Below the pieces are notes generated by a model. The model had not been told where the DNA came from and made no database searches. It saw nothing but the letters and a program-made list of their open reading frames with translations. Below are positions 11,905-53,600 of a stretch of DNA of 64,000 nt, piece after piece. Position 1 is the stretch's first letter; every line of letters starts with the position of its first letter. A program made the position numbers and the translations under genes. Origin of the DNA: Narcine bancroftii. Taxonomy: Eukaryota. The stretch lies in the NCBI RefSeq assembly GCF_036971445.1, contig NC_091480.1, positions 61,754,001 to 61,818,000 on the forward strand. The letters are read 5' to 3'.

Positions 11905-12695
11905 AAAACTGCTAGAGAAACTCAGCAGGTCAAGCAGTAAAAGGTAAAAATACAGAATCAACGTTTCGTCAAGGTTTTCGCAGGCATCCAAACAAGAGAG
12001 TGGGGGGAAAGTATGGTCTCAAAGACAGGATGCGATAGGTAGAGAAGGGAGAAAGGGGGCAGCAGCAATAAAGGAGAGGAGGGATGATGGCTGGATGAAG
12101 CGAGGGGGAAGGGGGTGGGGAGAGGAGAGCACATTAGCAAAAACTGGAAAAGTTGATGTTAGTACCATCTGGTTGGAGAAAATCAGATGCTGTTCCTTTA
12201 ATTTACAGTTGGTCTTGGTGGGATAGTACATAAGGCCATGGACAGACATATGAGTGTAAGAGTGTGACTTGGAGCTGAAGTGGTTGGCTACTGGGAAGTC
12301 CCTGTCACTCGTTCGGATGAAGTAAATGTGCTCAGTAAAGCGATCTCCCAGTCTGCGCCCAGTCTCTCCAATGTAGAGAAGGCCACAAAGGGAGCACTGG
12401 ATGCAGAAAATCAGTTCTGCAGATTCACAAGTGAAGTGTTGCTTCACATGAAAGGCCTGTTTGGGGCCCCGGACTGTGGTGTGGGAGGAGGTGTGGGCGC
12501 AAGTGTGGTACCGGGGAGGGGGGGGGGAAATTGGTGGGGAGAGATAAGTGGACAAGAGAATCATGGAGGGAGCAGTCCCTACGGAAGGCAGAGAGGGAAA
12601 GATGTGTCTAGGAGTGGGATCCTGTTGTAAGTGCTGGTGGATGATGTGTTGGATGCGGAGGCTGGTGGGGTGGTAGATGAGGACGAGGGGATTTC
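11905..12695 (-). mobile_element. Penelope-like element remnant (GIY-YIG endonuclease)
   Basis: ORF 12019-12564 contains FTCESAELIFCIQCSLCGLLYIGETGRRLGDRFTEH...PVANHF. Confidence 0.85.
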
Positions 12696-12699
12696 TATG

Positions 12700-15530
12700 G
12701 TTTTTTAAAATACTTTATTTTAGTTTTGTGGTCAAACATGCATCAAGAATTAACCATTACCTAAATAGATAAATTAAAATGAGAAAATCAATGGTATAAA
12801 TTGTTCGCATCTCCAAACAGCCCCCTACCCCCAAACAAAACCCCAAAGTAGAAAGGAAAGAAGGAGAAAATAGATAAGAGAGAAAGAAACAGAAAAGAGG
12901 AGGAACTGTTGGGATCCACTTCCTTTTCTTGCCTAGATCTCAAATAAGGGAAAGAACCAGGGCTTAGAACTCAGGAACAGAATAAGTATCCCTAAATATT
13001 CAACCCTATATTCTGCACGTACAACTGCTGTACCTGCAAAAACATGTTATATTTCTTCCTTAGATTATAAGTAATTTTCTCCAGGGGAACACAACTCTGC
13101 ATTTCTGCATTCCATCAGGCCATATCCAGAAGGGAACCAGACTTCCAGGTAACAGCAATACATTTCCTGACCACCCCCAATGCAACTTTAAGAAATTCTA
13201 ATTGGTATTTGGGCAGCCTCATTTTGGGTTTTATGGCCACAATATTTCCAATGAGAAACAATTCTGAACTTTGGGGAGGACCTTATAGACCAATAATCTG
13301 GTCTAATAAAATTCTTAAAGGTTCCTGTTCTTTCACTGCTTCTAAAATGTGTATCTGATATATTAGAATTTAATTTATGTAATTTCTGTGGGGTAGTGAG
13401 CACGTTGGAAACTGCATGTATTCTTACATTTATTGTATTGGTCATGCTGTCCTGACATAAATCGGGCCAGTTTTTATCACCAATACTAATAATCAAGTCT
13501 GATTCCCATCTTCGTTTTGATTTGTATAACTCCCACTTGGGAGTAAACTTCCTTGTGTTCCCCTTTCAAATCAGAATCTCCATTTCGCTGCACTCTGGTA
13601 ACATCATCGCTGGTCATAATTCATCTCTGAAAAAAGCTCTTAATTGAAAGTAGAAGATTGTTGTTGTAGTGTGCGCGCTACCGCGAAGTGTGGAAAGAAT
13701 GACACACGCTCAAGACGTCAAAGTCGAAGACTGATTTATTGCACTGATGGCTCTGCTTATATTTCTTTCCCTGCTGCTGCCAACAGGAGTTACGCCGCGG
13801 CAGCGCCGGCCTCTGATTGGTTGGCGTTCCCGTCGTTGCTCGTTGTTTTCCTACCGTGCAGGTTGTTACCTGGGGCGAAGGTCGTTGGTCCCTGTAGGGT
13901 CTGCGCGGTTGCTGTGTTCGTCCCAGTTAGAGGGCTGCTACATTGTTGAGAATATTATATCTTTTTTAACTGCTCAAATGACATTAGTTTCCCTTGCACA
14001 TAACAATCTTCTATATACTTGATCCCTTTCCGGGACCAGTTATGTAGAATCTTATTATCCATTGTTAAAGGAATTAATCTATTTTGAGTTAAGGGCATTT
14101 TTGGAAATATTTTTTTCCTTTTGTTCCAATTAAATAATTCAAAATATGCTTTGTTAGAAGTGCTTCTTTTCCACTGGAAATAAATTTAGTGTCCCATTTA
14201 TATACAAGATCTTCTGCTACCCTCCCTTTGATTTTGTGCAGTTCATTTTCTATCCATGAAGGCTTGTCTCTTCCATCAAAGAGAGAAGTGCCAAATTCCC
14301 GCTGGGCGGCCCAATAGTAATATTTAAAATTTGGGAGTTGCAATTTCCCCCCCCCCCCATATGATATTCCCAAGTTTATTTTTCCATAGAGACTCTGACT
14401 AACTTACCTTTCCTAACCAATTTATTCAAATTTTGAAAAAACTTCTGTGGTAGCGATATTGGAAGAGTCTGAAAGAGGTACTATACACACGGGAATATAT
14501 TCATTTTAACACAATTAACTCTTCCAATCATAGTTATTGGAAGAGATCCATTTATTTAATTCTTCAACCTTCTTAGTTCATTTTATATAATTTTTTCATT
14601 CATTATCTATTTTAATCCCCAAATATTTAATCCCATTCTTTGGCCATTCTTGCATATTTCTTTGACAATTTGTATAATCCCCATCAATTAACGACATAAT
14701 CTCACTTTTGGCCCAATTTATACCCAGAGACCCTCCTGTAATCTTCCAGTTGCAAATGCAGCTTTTCCAAAGAAGTTTCCAGTTCTGTCATATATGTTAA
14801 TACATCATCTGGAAACAGACTGATCTTACGTTCATTTGGTCAACCCTGAACCCCTTGATGTTTGGGTCCCATTGAATAATTTCCGCCAAAGGTTCTATGG
14901 CCAATATGAAAAGAGCCAGAGATAGTGGACATCCTTGACTGATGGAAAATGCTGGAGATACTTGCCCATTTGACACAACTTCATTGTATAGGGATCAAAT
15001 CCAATTTATATTTTGACCTTATCCAAATCTTTCCATCACTTTAAATAGAAAATCCCACTCCAGCCTTTTCTGCATCTAAGGCAACTGCTACACTTAAGTC
15101 ATCTCTTTTCAGGGCCTAATAAATTATTACAAAGCAATGTACTTACATTGTCCACTGATTGTTGTTTCTTAAAAATCCTGTTTGATCCTTGTATATCAGT
15201 TTTGGCAATCTGTTTGCCAAAGCTTTGTATATTTTATAGTTCAAATTTAATAAGGTCTATGTGATGATGGTTTCAATGGCTCTCTATCATTTTTGGAATT
15301 TACCATTATTATTGCAGTTGAGAAAGAGTCCAGCTGGGTATGTGATCCAACCGCTTGAGTTAATACCTCCATAAAAAGAGGCATTAACAAATCCTTACAT
15401 TCTTTATGGAATTACACTGGAAAACTATTCTCGTCGGGAGGTCTATTAATGTTCAGTGAATTCACTGCTTCCTCTAACTCCATTCGAGTCAAAGATGCAG
15501 TGAGTTGGTGGGTGATAAAGATACACCATT
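12700..15530 (-). mobile_element. Old, decayed L1-clade ORF2 fragment (different family from the young L1s)
   Basis: T-rich 3' end at ~12700-12725. Motifs GG..LPNFKYYYWAAQ, VALDAEKA, RQGCPLS and FP.DVLTY on the minus strand, with many stops. Confidence 0.75.
13665..13942 (-). mobile_element. Solo LTR (Gypsy-type), 278 bp
   Basis: Termini TGTAG...CTACA. 4-bp TSD TTGT (13661-13664, 13943-13946). On the minus strand the order is CCAAT (~13816), TATA-like (~13758), AATAAA (13735-13740). Confidence 0.85.
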
Positions 15531-15926
15531 GTTGAAACACTTATTTAATATTTGGAATAAAATAATTGATGATATTGGTGTAAGATATTGGTGTATCACC
15601 TAAAATGTCTTTGATTCAAAATCCTCATACATCTTTCCCCACTGCCCCCAAATCCCTCCCCCTTCTCTCCCCCCCCCCACTGAATCCCTTCCCGCTCTCC
15701 CCTCCGAATCCCTCCCGGCTTCCCCTCCCCGCTCCCCCCCCACTCCCCGAATCCCTCCCCATCTCTCTCTCTCTCTCTCTCTGCACTGTCCCTCTCCCTT
15801 CACCTATCCTTTTCCTTCACCTTCCAATCACCCCTACTTTCCCCCCTACTTTCCCCCCTGCCCTCACCCACTCTTTTTCCCACCTCTCCCCTCCCCCATG
15901 CTGATGCCACTCTCTCTGCACTGCAG

Positions 15927-44539
<28,613 letters not shown>

Positions 44540-44621
44540 GGTGTGTGACCACAGCCCCTCCTCCTGTAATTGTTCTGCTTCTACAACTGTTTATGTCTAA
44601 ACAAAATCCTTTCTACATTGA

Positions 44622-44627
44622 AATAAA
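44622..44627 (+). terminator. Probable DDX23 polyadenylation signal
   Basis: AATAAA about 80 nt after the stop, followed by a T-rich and then a long GT-rich tract (44677-44890). A second AATAAA lies at 44914-44919. Confidence 0.65.
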
Positions 44628-45779
44628 AGAGCAAGTCTTCTTTACCTTTCACAGCAAACTCTGTCCATCTCTATAGGTGTCTGTCTTTGTTCATCTGCGT
44701 GTGTGTGTGTCTGTCTGTGTCCATCCGTGCGTGTGTGTCTGTCCATCTCTGTGTATGTGTCCATCTCTGTGTGTATATCAGTATGTTTGTGTGTGTATCT
44801 GTCTGTCTATCTCTCTGTGTGTATCTGTATGTGTGTGTCTATCTATCTGTGTCCATTTGTGTGTGTGTGTGTGTGTGTATCTGTCTATCCGTGTCAATGC
44901 ATTTTGGAGAAGGAATAAAGTTGACAATTTTCTAAAATGGGGAGAGATTTCAGTGAGTAGAGGTTGACAGGGACTAGGGAGTCCTCATTCAGGATTCCCT
45001 GATGGTTAACCTGCAGGTCGAGTCTGGAGCAACCAAGGAAAATGCAACGTTAGTATTCAATTTGCAGGTCCAGAACACAAAAGCAAAGATGCAAGGCTGA
45101 GTATTTATCAGCAACATTTGGAATTTTGTGAGCACTTTGATGCCACCATCTACAAGGATGTGCTTGTGTTGGAGAGGGTCCAGAGGAGGTTTACGAGAAT
45201 GCTGCTAGAGATGAGAGGGTTAACGTATGAGGAGTGTCTGGCGGCTCTGGGCCTGTCCTCACTGGAGTTTAGAAGGATGGTGGGGGTCCTCATTGAAACA
45301 GCAAATATTGAGAGGGCTTGATAGATTGGGTGTGGAGATGTTTCCTGTGGTCTGGGTCCAGAGGGTGATGTGTGGGGAAGGGTGATGGGCAGGAGGGATG
45401 ACAGGAGGGGGTGGAATTGGAAGGAGCACAGCTCGGTCGGATCAGGAGTCCATGGTCCAAGAGCCAGTTTCACCAGCCTGGTCAGAGTAATTATCCCAAC
45501 TCTGAGCTACTCCAGAAACCTGCCCATTTCCTGCTTCTCCCCTTCACAAAACCTGAATGTCACAAACATGACTATCCTCTGTTGGAGTTTGCTATTGGAC
45601 TCCAAGAGGCCTGGGGGGAAGGAATACAGTCCCAGTCAACATATCCCTGGTGGGCTTCCCCAGGTCTCAGCTCCTCAATGTCCGGTAATGGGAGGAAGGA
45701 GTGCTAACCCAGTCTACCTGTCTCTGGGGGGCTTTCCCAGGTCTCAGTCCCTCAATGCCCTGTAATAGAAGGACTGCAA

Positions 45780-47200
45780 TCCTCAGCACCTAATCCTGCA
45801 GCCTAGAATGTGTCAATCAACAGCATTCCTGTTCCGATATCTCAGTCTGCTGAAAGACCAACATCTTTCGGGCAGGCCAAAGGCAGTCTTTCACGAGGTT
45901 GATGATCTTCCAGCAGTTCTGGATCTCTGACTGTGTGTGTCCCTGGGAGCAGCCCGCAGATCAGAGAGTCCTCTGTCACGCTGCTGCTGGGGATGAACTG
46001 TGACAAGGACCCTTGCATCCTACCCCACATTCTGAGCAAATCTGCATTCTGCAAAGAGGTGGGCAACTATCTCCCCTCAACCTCAGTCATCTCGGGGACA
46101 ACGTGTGTTGTGGTTGATGCTCCAGTTGTACAGGAAGGATCTGACCGGGAGAGCTTCTCTCACTGCTAGCCAGGCCTAGTCTTGGTGCCTGTTTATGAGC
46201 ACTGGCGATGAAGTATTCTGCCAGATGACCTGAACAGTCTGGTCAGGGAATCACCCCACTGTGTCTCTTAGTGTCTGCTCTGTTCTGACCATTGCCTGAT
46301 GGCATTGTGCTGAAAGGTGTTGGTCTGAAAAAACTTTTCCATGGTGGGGCAAAGTCCAGCTGACTGGGACAGACCATGGTAACAGGGTCAGGCTCATCCT
46401 TCACAGCACCTGGAACAGGTAGAACCTCAGCACAGAGCAGCACTTGGTTTGATGCACAGCCTGATGCAGCCACACCATGGTTGGTATCAGGGTGATGCCC
46501 ATGTTGGGTATGTCCATGCCCCCATTGGTGACCTCGTACTTTGGTTCCACACACAGCCAGATTGCAGCCACAAGAAGGTGGTGGTCAGGGTGAAGCATCT
46601 GTTGGGTACAGGGTGGCACTTGGAAACACACACAGCCCTGATGCAGACGTACATTGGCAGGCATCAGGGTGAAACACCCATTGGTGGCCTCAATTTTTGG
46701 AACTATACAACCTGATACATTAACATGAGGGTGGTGGTCAGGTTAAGGGTCTTGTTGGGTATCGATGCACAGATGATGTGGCCACACCATGGTGGGTAAC
46801 AGGGTGATACCCACATTGGGTACATCCATGACCAATAGCCCCCATTGGTGCCCTTGTACTTTGGTTCCATACACATGGTGGGAATCTGGGTGAAGCCCAC
46901 ATCCTTCCCTATGGCATGGAAACTTACATGGTGCCCAGACACAGGGTAGAGAACAGTCTCCCATCACTCCTGGTGCCCGGTGATGTACATCGTGCCCAGA
47001 CAGGACAAGGGAACAGTTTCCCATCACTCCTAGTGCCTGGTGATGTACACAATGCCCGGTGACGTTCATGGTGCCTCACGACGTACATGATGCCTGGTGA
47101 CATATGTGGTGCCAGGTGACGTATGTTGTGTCCAGACACGGGGTAGGGGAACTGTCTCCCATCACTCCTGGTGCCCAATGATGTATGTGGTCCAGACGAC
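45780..47200 (-). mobile_element. Decayed Tx1/L1-like ORF2 C-terminal fragments with local duplications
   Basis: VTEDSLICGLLPGTHT; GG.D.PNV-like segments occur twice (46470-46620, 46770-46900); short tandem CCATCACTCCTGGTGCCCGGTGATGTAC. Confidence 0.55.
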
Positions 47201-48984
47201 ACTTTCCTTATTCTAATATATCCTAATTTAAAGTATCATCTTCCAAAGCGTGAGCTGTGATATCCTGAATTTCAATTTCTTTAATCCAACAAATCAAACT
47301 CTGTGGCTGTTACTTTATGTAGTTTTAATTCATTGATTGAACAGATAAACATTTTGTATAGCTTCGCTTTAAGACTTTCATAATGGTGAATAACGAAGCA
47401 TATATTGCATAATAAAGATACAAAGATATGTAGAGAGATACAAAAACCTAAAGAAATATTTCTCGTACTCACGCTTCCTTCACATCTTGTACAATGAGAC
47501 CAAGCCGTTAGCCTGGGTGGATATTACAACATATTACATCATAGTCACTATGGTAACACTACAAACAATAGTCTCTTAAAGAGACAGGGACAAAATTAAC
47601 CTTTACATTCTGCCCCCTAAATAATGGCTAATATATAATAAATACTATTTCAGATACATAAAGTAAATATAGTCAGTATAGATTAGAAATCAAAACTTTC
47701 AGCTTCTTGTAAAAGACAGATTTTAGTACTAGGTCGATTTAAGTAACTGGTCTTGGTTTTAATCCACACCTGCCGAACGAATCTTTTTTTTCTAAATTTT
47801 TTATTTTTCACGCTATAAACCTTATTGACCAAAATACATACCGACATTTTTTTTGTTAAATATACTGTCGTTTTCTCCCTCTTTTCCCCCCTCCCTCCCT
47901 CACTCCCTTTCCCATTTATTTAAAGTTCAATCTATAAGATACATTAAACCCATTAAACAATGTTGTCACTCAATAAAAATAAACAAGAAATTTTACTGAG
48001 TCAGTTCTTTTCATTATCTTCTCCTTCTGTCATTTTAGGTGGTGGAAGTCCACGGTAGGATTTCTCTATTGTGTTTCATGTGTGGCTCCCATATTTGTTC
48101 GAATATTGTAATGCTATTTCTTAAATTATGTTATTTTTTCTAATGGAATACATTTCTTCATTTCTATATACCATTGTTGTATTCTCAAGTTATCTTCTAA
48201 TTTCCAGGTTGACATAATACATTTTTGTGCTACAGCTAGGGCTATCGTAACAAATCCTTTTTGTGCTCCATCCAAATAGAGTCCAAATTCTTTGTTTCTT
48301 ATGTTACTTAGGAGGCAGATCTCTGGGTTTTTTGGTATATTGTTTTTTGTGATTTTATTTAATATCTGGTTTAGATCTTCCCAAAATTTTTTCACTTTCT
48401 CACATGTCCAAATTGCATGAATTGTTGTTTCTGTTTCCTTTTTACAGCGAAAACATCTGTCTGATACTGTTGGGTCCCATTTATTTAACTTTTGAGGTGT
48501 GTATAGCCTGTGTATCCAGTTATATTGTATCATACGTAACCTCGTGTTTATTGTCTTTCTCATAGTTCCAGAGTATAGCTTCTCCCATGTTTCTTTCTTT
48601 ATCTTTATGTTTTGATCTTGTTCCCATTTTTGTTTAGATTTACCATTTGTTTCCTCGTTCTCCTTTTCTTGCAGTCTGATGTACATGTTTGTTACAAATT
48701 TTTTGATTATCATTGTGTCTGTAATCACATATTCAAAATTGCTTCCTTCTGGTAACCTCAGACTGTTTCCCAATTTGTCCTTCAAGTAGGTTTTCAGTTG
48801 GTAGTATGCAAACATTGTATCATGAGTTATATTATATTTATCCTTCATTTGTTCAAAGGATAATAATTAATTTCACGAAAAAAAAATTTCTATTCTTTTG
48901 ATCCCTTTTCTCTCCCATTCTCTAAAGGAAAGGTTATCTATTGTAAAAGGGATTAGCTGATTTTGCGTCAATATTAGTTTTGGT

Positions 48985-50684
48985 GGGGAGGAGTCACGTG
49001 ATGGAGTAGTGGCCGGTCGGGGAACTCCAGCCCTCTCCAGAAAAGTAAAATAAAGAGAGTTAAAAAACGAAGGCACAAACACAAAAAACAAAATAAAGTG
49101 AAAATAAAGGTGTGGAGAAAATGGCAGTGAAAAAAGAAAAGTCAAAAGCAACGGGAAGAAGAGAAGAAGAAAGGATGTCGGAAGAAGAAGGTGAAGGCCT
49201 TACCTGTCCGAGGAGGACTGCCGCGGAGAGAGAAGCCCGCTCCCTAAGGTCAGTTGAACTCCCGAGCTCGGGAGTACAAAAATGGCTCGCGGAGCCAAAC
49301 AAAAGTGCGCAACCGCGCATGCGCGATGCGCAAGACAAAAATAACACTGACGGGAGGGGGGGACCAGCTGAGGAGTCGATCTCCACAGCTCAGAATGACA
49401 GCCACAACAAAACAGCAAGAGGAAAACACAGAAAATAACAAGAGCAAGAAAGAAGAGAGTAAAAAGAAATCAAAGAAACAACAGATGACCAACCCAGAGG
49501 TTTGGAAGAAGATTCATGTAGAAAGGAATAAAACAAATTACCAACTACCAAAACTAATACTGATGCAAAATCAGCTAATCCCTTTTACAATAGATAACCT
49601 TTCCTTTAAAAATTGGGAGAAAAAAGGGATCAAAGAACAAAAATTGGCATACTACCAACTGAAATCCTACTTGAAGGACAAATTGGGAAGCAATCTGAGG
49701 TTACCAGAGGGAAGTAATTTTGAATATGTGATTACAGACACAATGATAATCAAAAAATTTGTAAAAAACATGTACATTAAACTACAAGAAAAGGAGAATG
49801 AGGAAACAAATGGTAAAACTAAACAAAAATGGGAACAAGATCTAAACATAAAGATAAAGAAGGAAACATGGGAGAAGTTATGCTCAGGAACTATGAGAAA
49901 CACAATAAATACGAGGTTACGTATGATACAATATAACTGGATACACAGGCTATATATTACACTTCAAAATGTAAATAAATGGGACCCAACAGTATCTGAC
50001 AGATGTCTTCGCTGTAAAAAGAAAATGGGAACAACAATTCATGCAATCTGGACATGTGAGAAAGTGAAAAAATTTTGGGAAGATCTAAACCAGATATTAA
50101 ATAAAATCACAAAAAGCAATATACCAAAAAACCCAGAGATTTTCCTCCTAAGTAACATAAAAAACAAAGAATTTGGACTTGATTTGGATGGTGCACAAAA
50201 AAGATTTGTTATGATAGCCCTAGCTGAAGCAAAAAAATGTATTATGTCAACCTGGAAATTAGAAGATAACTTGAGAATATAACAATGGTATATAGAAATG
50301 AATAAATGTATTCCATTAGAAAAAATAACATATAATTTAAGAAATAATATTACAATATTTGAACAAATATGGGAGCCATACATGAAACATAATAGAGAAA
50401 ACCTACCGGGGACATCTACCACCTAAAATGACAGAAGGAGCAGAGAATGAAAAGAACTGACTCAGTGGAATTTCTTGTTTGTTTTTATTGAGTGACAACA
50501 TTGTTTGACGGGTTTAATGTATCCTATTTTCTGAACTTTAAATGAATGGGTGGGGAGGTAGGGAGGGAGGGGGGGAGGTGGGAAGGGGGGGGAGAAAACG
50601 ACACTATATATTTAAGAAGAAGAATGTATGTAACTTGATCAATATGGTTTATAGTGTGAAAAATAAAAAAAATTGAAAATTAAA
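48985..50684 (+). mobile_element. L1 copy B: 5' end and partial ORF1 fused by deletion to the ORF2 C-terminus, 3' UTR and tail
   Basis: GGAGGAGTCACGTGATGG start. Junction at 49500/49501 (MTNPE|VWKKIHVER). Flanked by ATTAGTTTTGGT on both sides. Confidence 0.93.
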
Positions 50685-50696
50685 ATTAGTTTTGGT

Positions 50697-53600
50697 GGAG
50701 GAGTCACGTGATGGAGTAGTGGCCAGTCGGGGAACTCCAGCCCTCTCTGGAAAAGGAAAAAAAAGACAGTGAAAAAACAAAGGCACAAACACAAAAACCA
50801 AAATAAAGTGAAAGTAAAGGTGTGGAGAAAATGGCAGCGAAGAAAGAAAAGCCAAAAGCAACGGGAAGAAGAGAAGAAGAAAAGACGTCGGAAGAAGAAG
50901 GTGAAAGCCTTACCTGGACAAGGAGGCCCGCCGAGGAGAGAAAAGCCCGCTCCCTGAGGTCAGTTGAAACCCCGAACTCGGGACTACAGAAATGGCTCAC
51001 GGAGCCAAACAAAAGTGCGCAACCGCGCATGCGCGATGCTCAAGACAAAAATAACACTGACGGGAGGGGGGACCAGCTGAGGAGTCGATCTCCACAGCTG
51101 AAATTGACAACCACAACAAAGCAGCAAGAGGAAAACATAGAAAATAGCGAGAACAAGAAAGAAGAGAGTAAAAAGAAATCAAAGAAACAACTGATGACCA
51201 ACCCAGAGGAAGAAGACCAGCAGCAAGACACTTCTACTAAAAATAAGAAGACCAAAATTACCCAACAAAATAAAACAAACAAACCAACAAGAAAACCAGA
51301 AGAGACAGAGGTAAAGGACACAGATCCTGGAGTGGACTCAGAAGAAGAAGAGGAAGAACACAGAGAAATGGAAGATGAAGGGAAGGGCAAGTACATGGAT
51401 ATATATTTTTTTAAAGAATATATGGAATCAGTAAAAGAATGGCAATCACAAGAATTCAGTGAAATAAAAAGAAGAGTAAAAAGTACAGCAGAAAAAATGA
51501 ATAAATTAGAGATGATCATGTCAGATATAGGAAAAAAAGTGGGCAAGGTGGAAGAATGAGAAACAGCTGTAGAAATGGAAGTAGATGACTTAAAAAAGAA
51601 ATTAGAAGAATCTGATAAAAAAGTTAAAGAAACATAGGAGCTGTTAGCTCAGAAGATAGATATAATGGAAAATTATAATAGAAGAAACAATATAAAAATA
51701 GTGGGCCTTAAGGAAGATGAAGAAGGCAAGAATATGAGAGAATTTATAAAAGAATGAATCCCCAGGGTCCTAGGAAGACCAGAATTACAGGAAGAAATGG
51801 AAATAGAAAGGGCACACAGAACATTAGCACCTAAACCACAACCACAACAAAAACCAAGATCCATTCTAGTAAAATTCCTAAGAGAAACAACAAGAGAAAA
51901 TATATTGGAGAAAGCAATGAGGAAAATAAGGGAAGACAAAAAACCACTGGAATACAAAGGTCAAAATTTTTTTTTCTATCCAGATTTAAGTTTTGAACTC
52001 CTGACGAAGAGGAAGGAGTTTAATACAGCAAAAGCGATCCTATGGAAAAAAGGATACAAATTTATGCTAAAGTATCCAGCGGTACTTAAAATAGTTATTC
52101 CAGGGCAGCAAAACAGACTATTCTCGGATCCGGAAGAAGCACGAAAATTTGCAGAACAACTACAAAACAGACAGAGAGATAAAGATATGTAACGAGAACA
52201 AAAATGACCACAAACTATATGTATGTGTCTATGTATATAAAAAAAATAGAGTATAGATAAGAACTAAGAAGGGAAAATAAGGGAAGAAAGGAAGTAAGGA
52301 GGGAATTAAGAGAGTGACCTTTGTTATATATGAAGATTAAAATCTTTTCTGGGGGGTCTGGGTGGGGAAGAATAACAGTCACTGCGAAATCAGTTGACGC
52401 TTGCGAGTGAATTCGCAAATCCAAATGGAGAGGGGAGATGTGGTTGCCTGACAAGGGACAAAGGGCAACTCAGAAAGGGGAGGGACTATTGGGGTTAAAG
52501 GAATTTTAGATATGAGAATAGTGGAAATATTTTATGTTTTAGAAATGTTGTCTTATAATGTGTTCAAAAAAAGAAAGCAGAAATGGATAAGAAGGGAAGG
52601 TGGTGATGAGGAAACGGAAAGGAAAGATAAACAGTATGAAATGACGATGTTGAACTATATGACTTTAAATATTTATGGAATACATAACCAAATGAAAAGG
52701 AAGAAACTGTTAAATTTGCTGAAAAAAGAAAAAAATGATATAGTATTCGTACAAGAAACACATATAACTGAAGTGGAACACAAGAAATTAAGGAGAGATT
52801 GGATAGGACATGTAACAGCAGCATCATACAATTCAAAAGCCAGAGGAGTAGCTATATTAATCAATAAAAATGTACCAATCAAAATAGAATAGGAAATAAT
52901 AGATCCAGCAGGGAGATATGTAATGATAAAATGTCAGATATATTCAGAATTTTGGAATTTACTCAATGTATATTCACCTAATGAAGCAGATCAAAAATTT
53001 ATGCAAGATATCTTTTTGAAGATAGCAGACACGCAAGGGAACATACTAATAGGAGGGGATTTTAACCTTAATTTGGACTCAAACATGGATAAAACTGGGA
53101 AAAAAAACTAACAGAAAGAACAAAGTAACCAAATTTATAATTAAATCGATGCAAGAAATGCAACTTTTGGATATATGGAGGAAACAACACCCAAAGGAAA
53201 AGGAATATTCATATTATTCGGGCAGACATAAAACATACTCAAGTATAGACCTATTCCTGTTATCAGCCCACATTCAAGGGAGAGTTAGGAAAATGGAATA
53301 TAAAGCTAGACTATTATCGGACCACTCACCCCTGTTATTGGCAATAGAGCTAGAGGACATCCCACCAAGAATGTATAGATGGAGATTAAACTCCATGCTA
53401 CTTAAAAGACAGGATTTTAGAGAATTAATTCAACGACAAATTAAAATGTACTTTGAAATAAATACGGAATCAGTGAAAGATAAGTTTATACTATGGGATG
53501 CAATGAAAGCGTTCATCAGAGGGCAAATAATAAGTTAAGAAACTAAGATAAAGAAGGACTACAATCGGGAAACAGAACAGTTGGAAAGGGAAATAACAAA

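Noticed and set aside
44677..44967. Cys/Val-rich ORFs after DDX23
   Set aside because: (TG)n-rich simple sequence.
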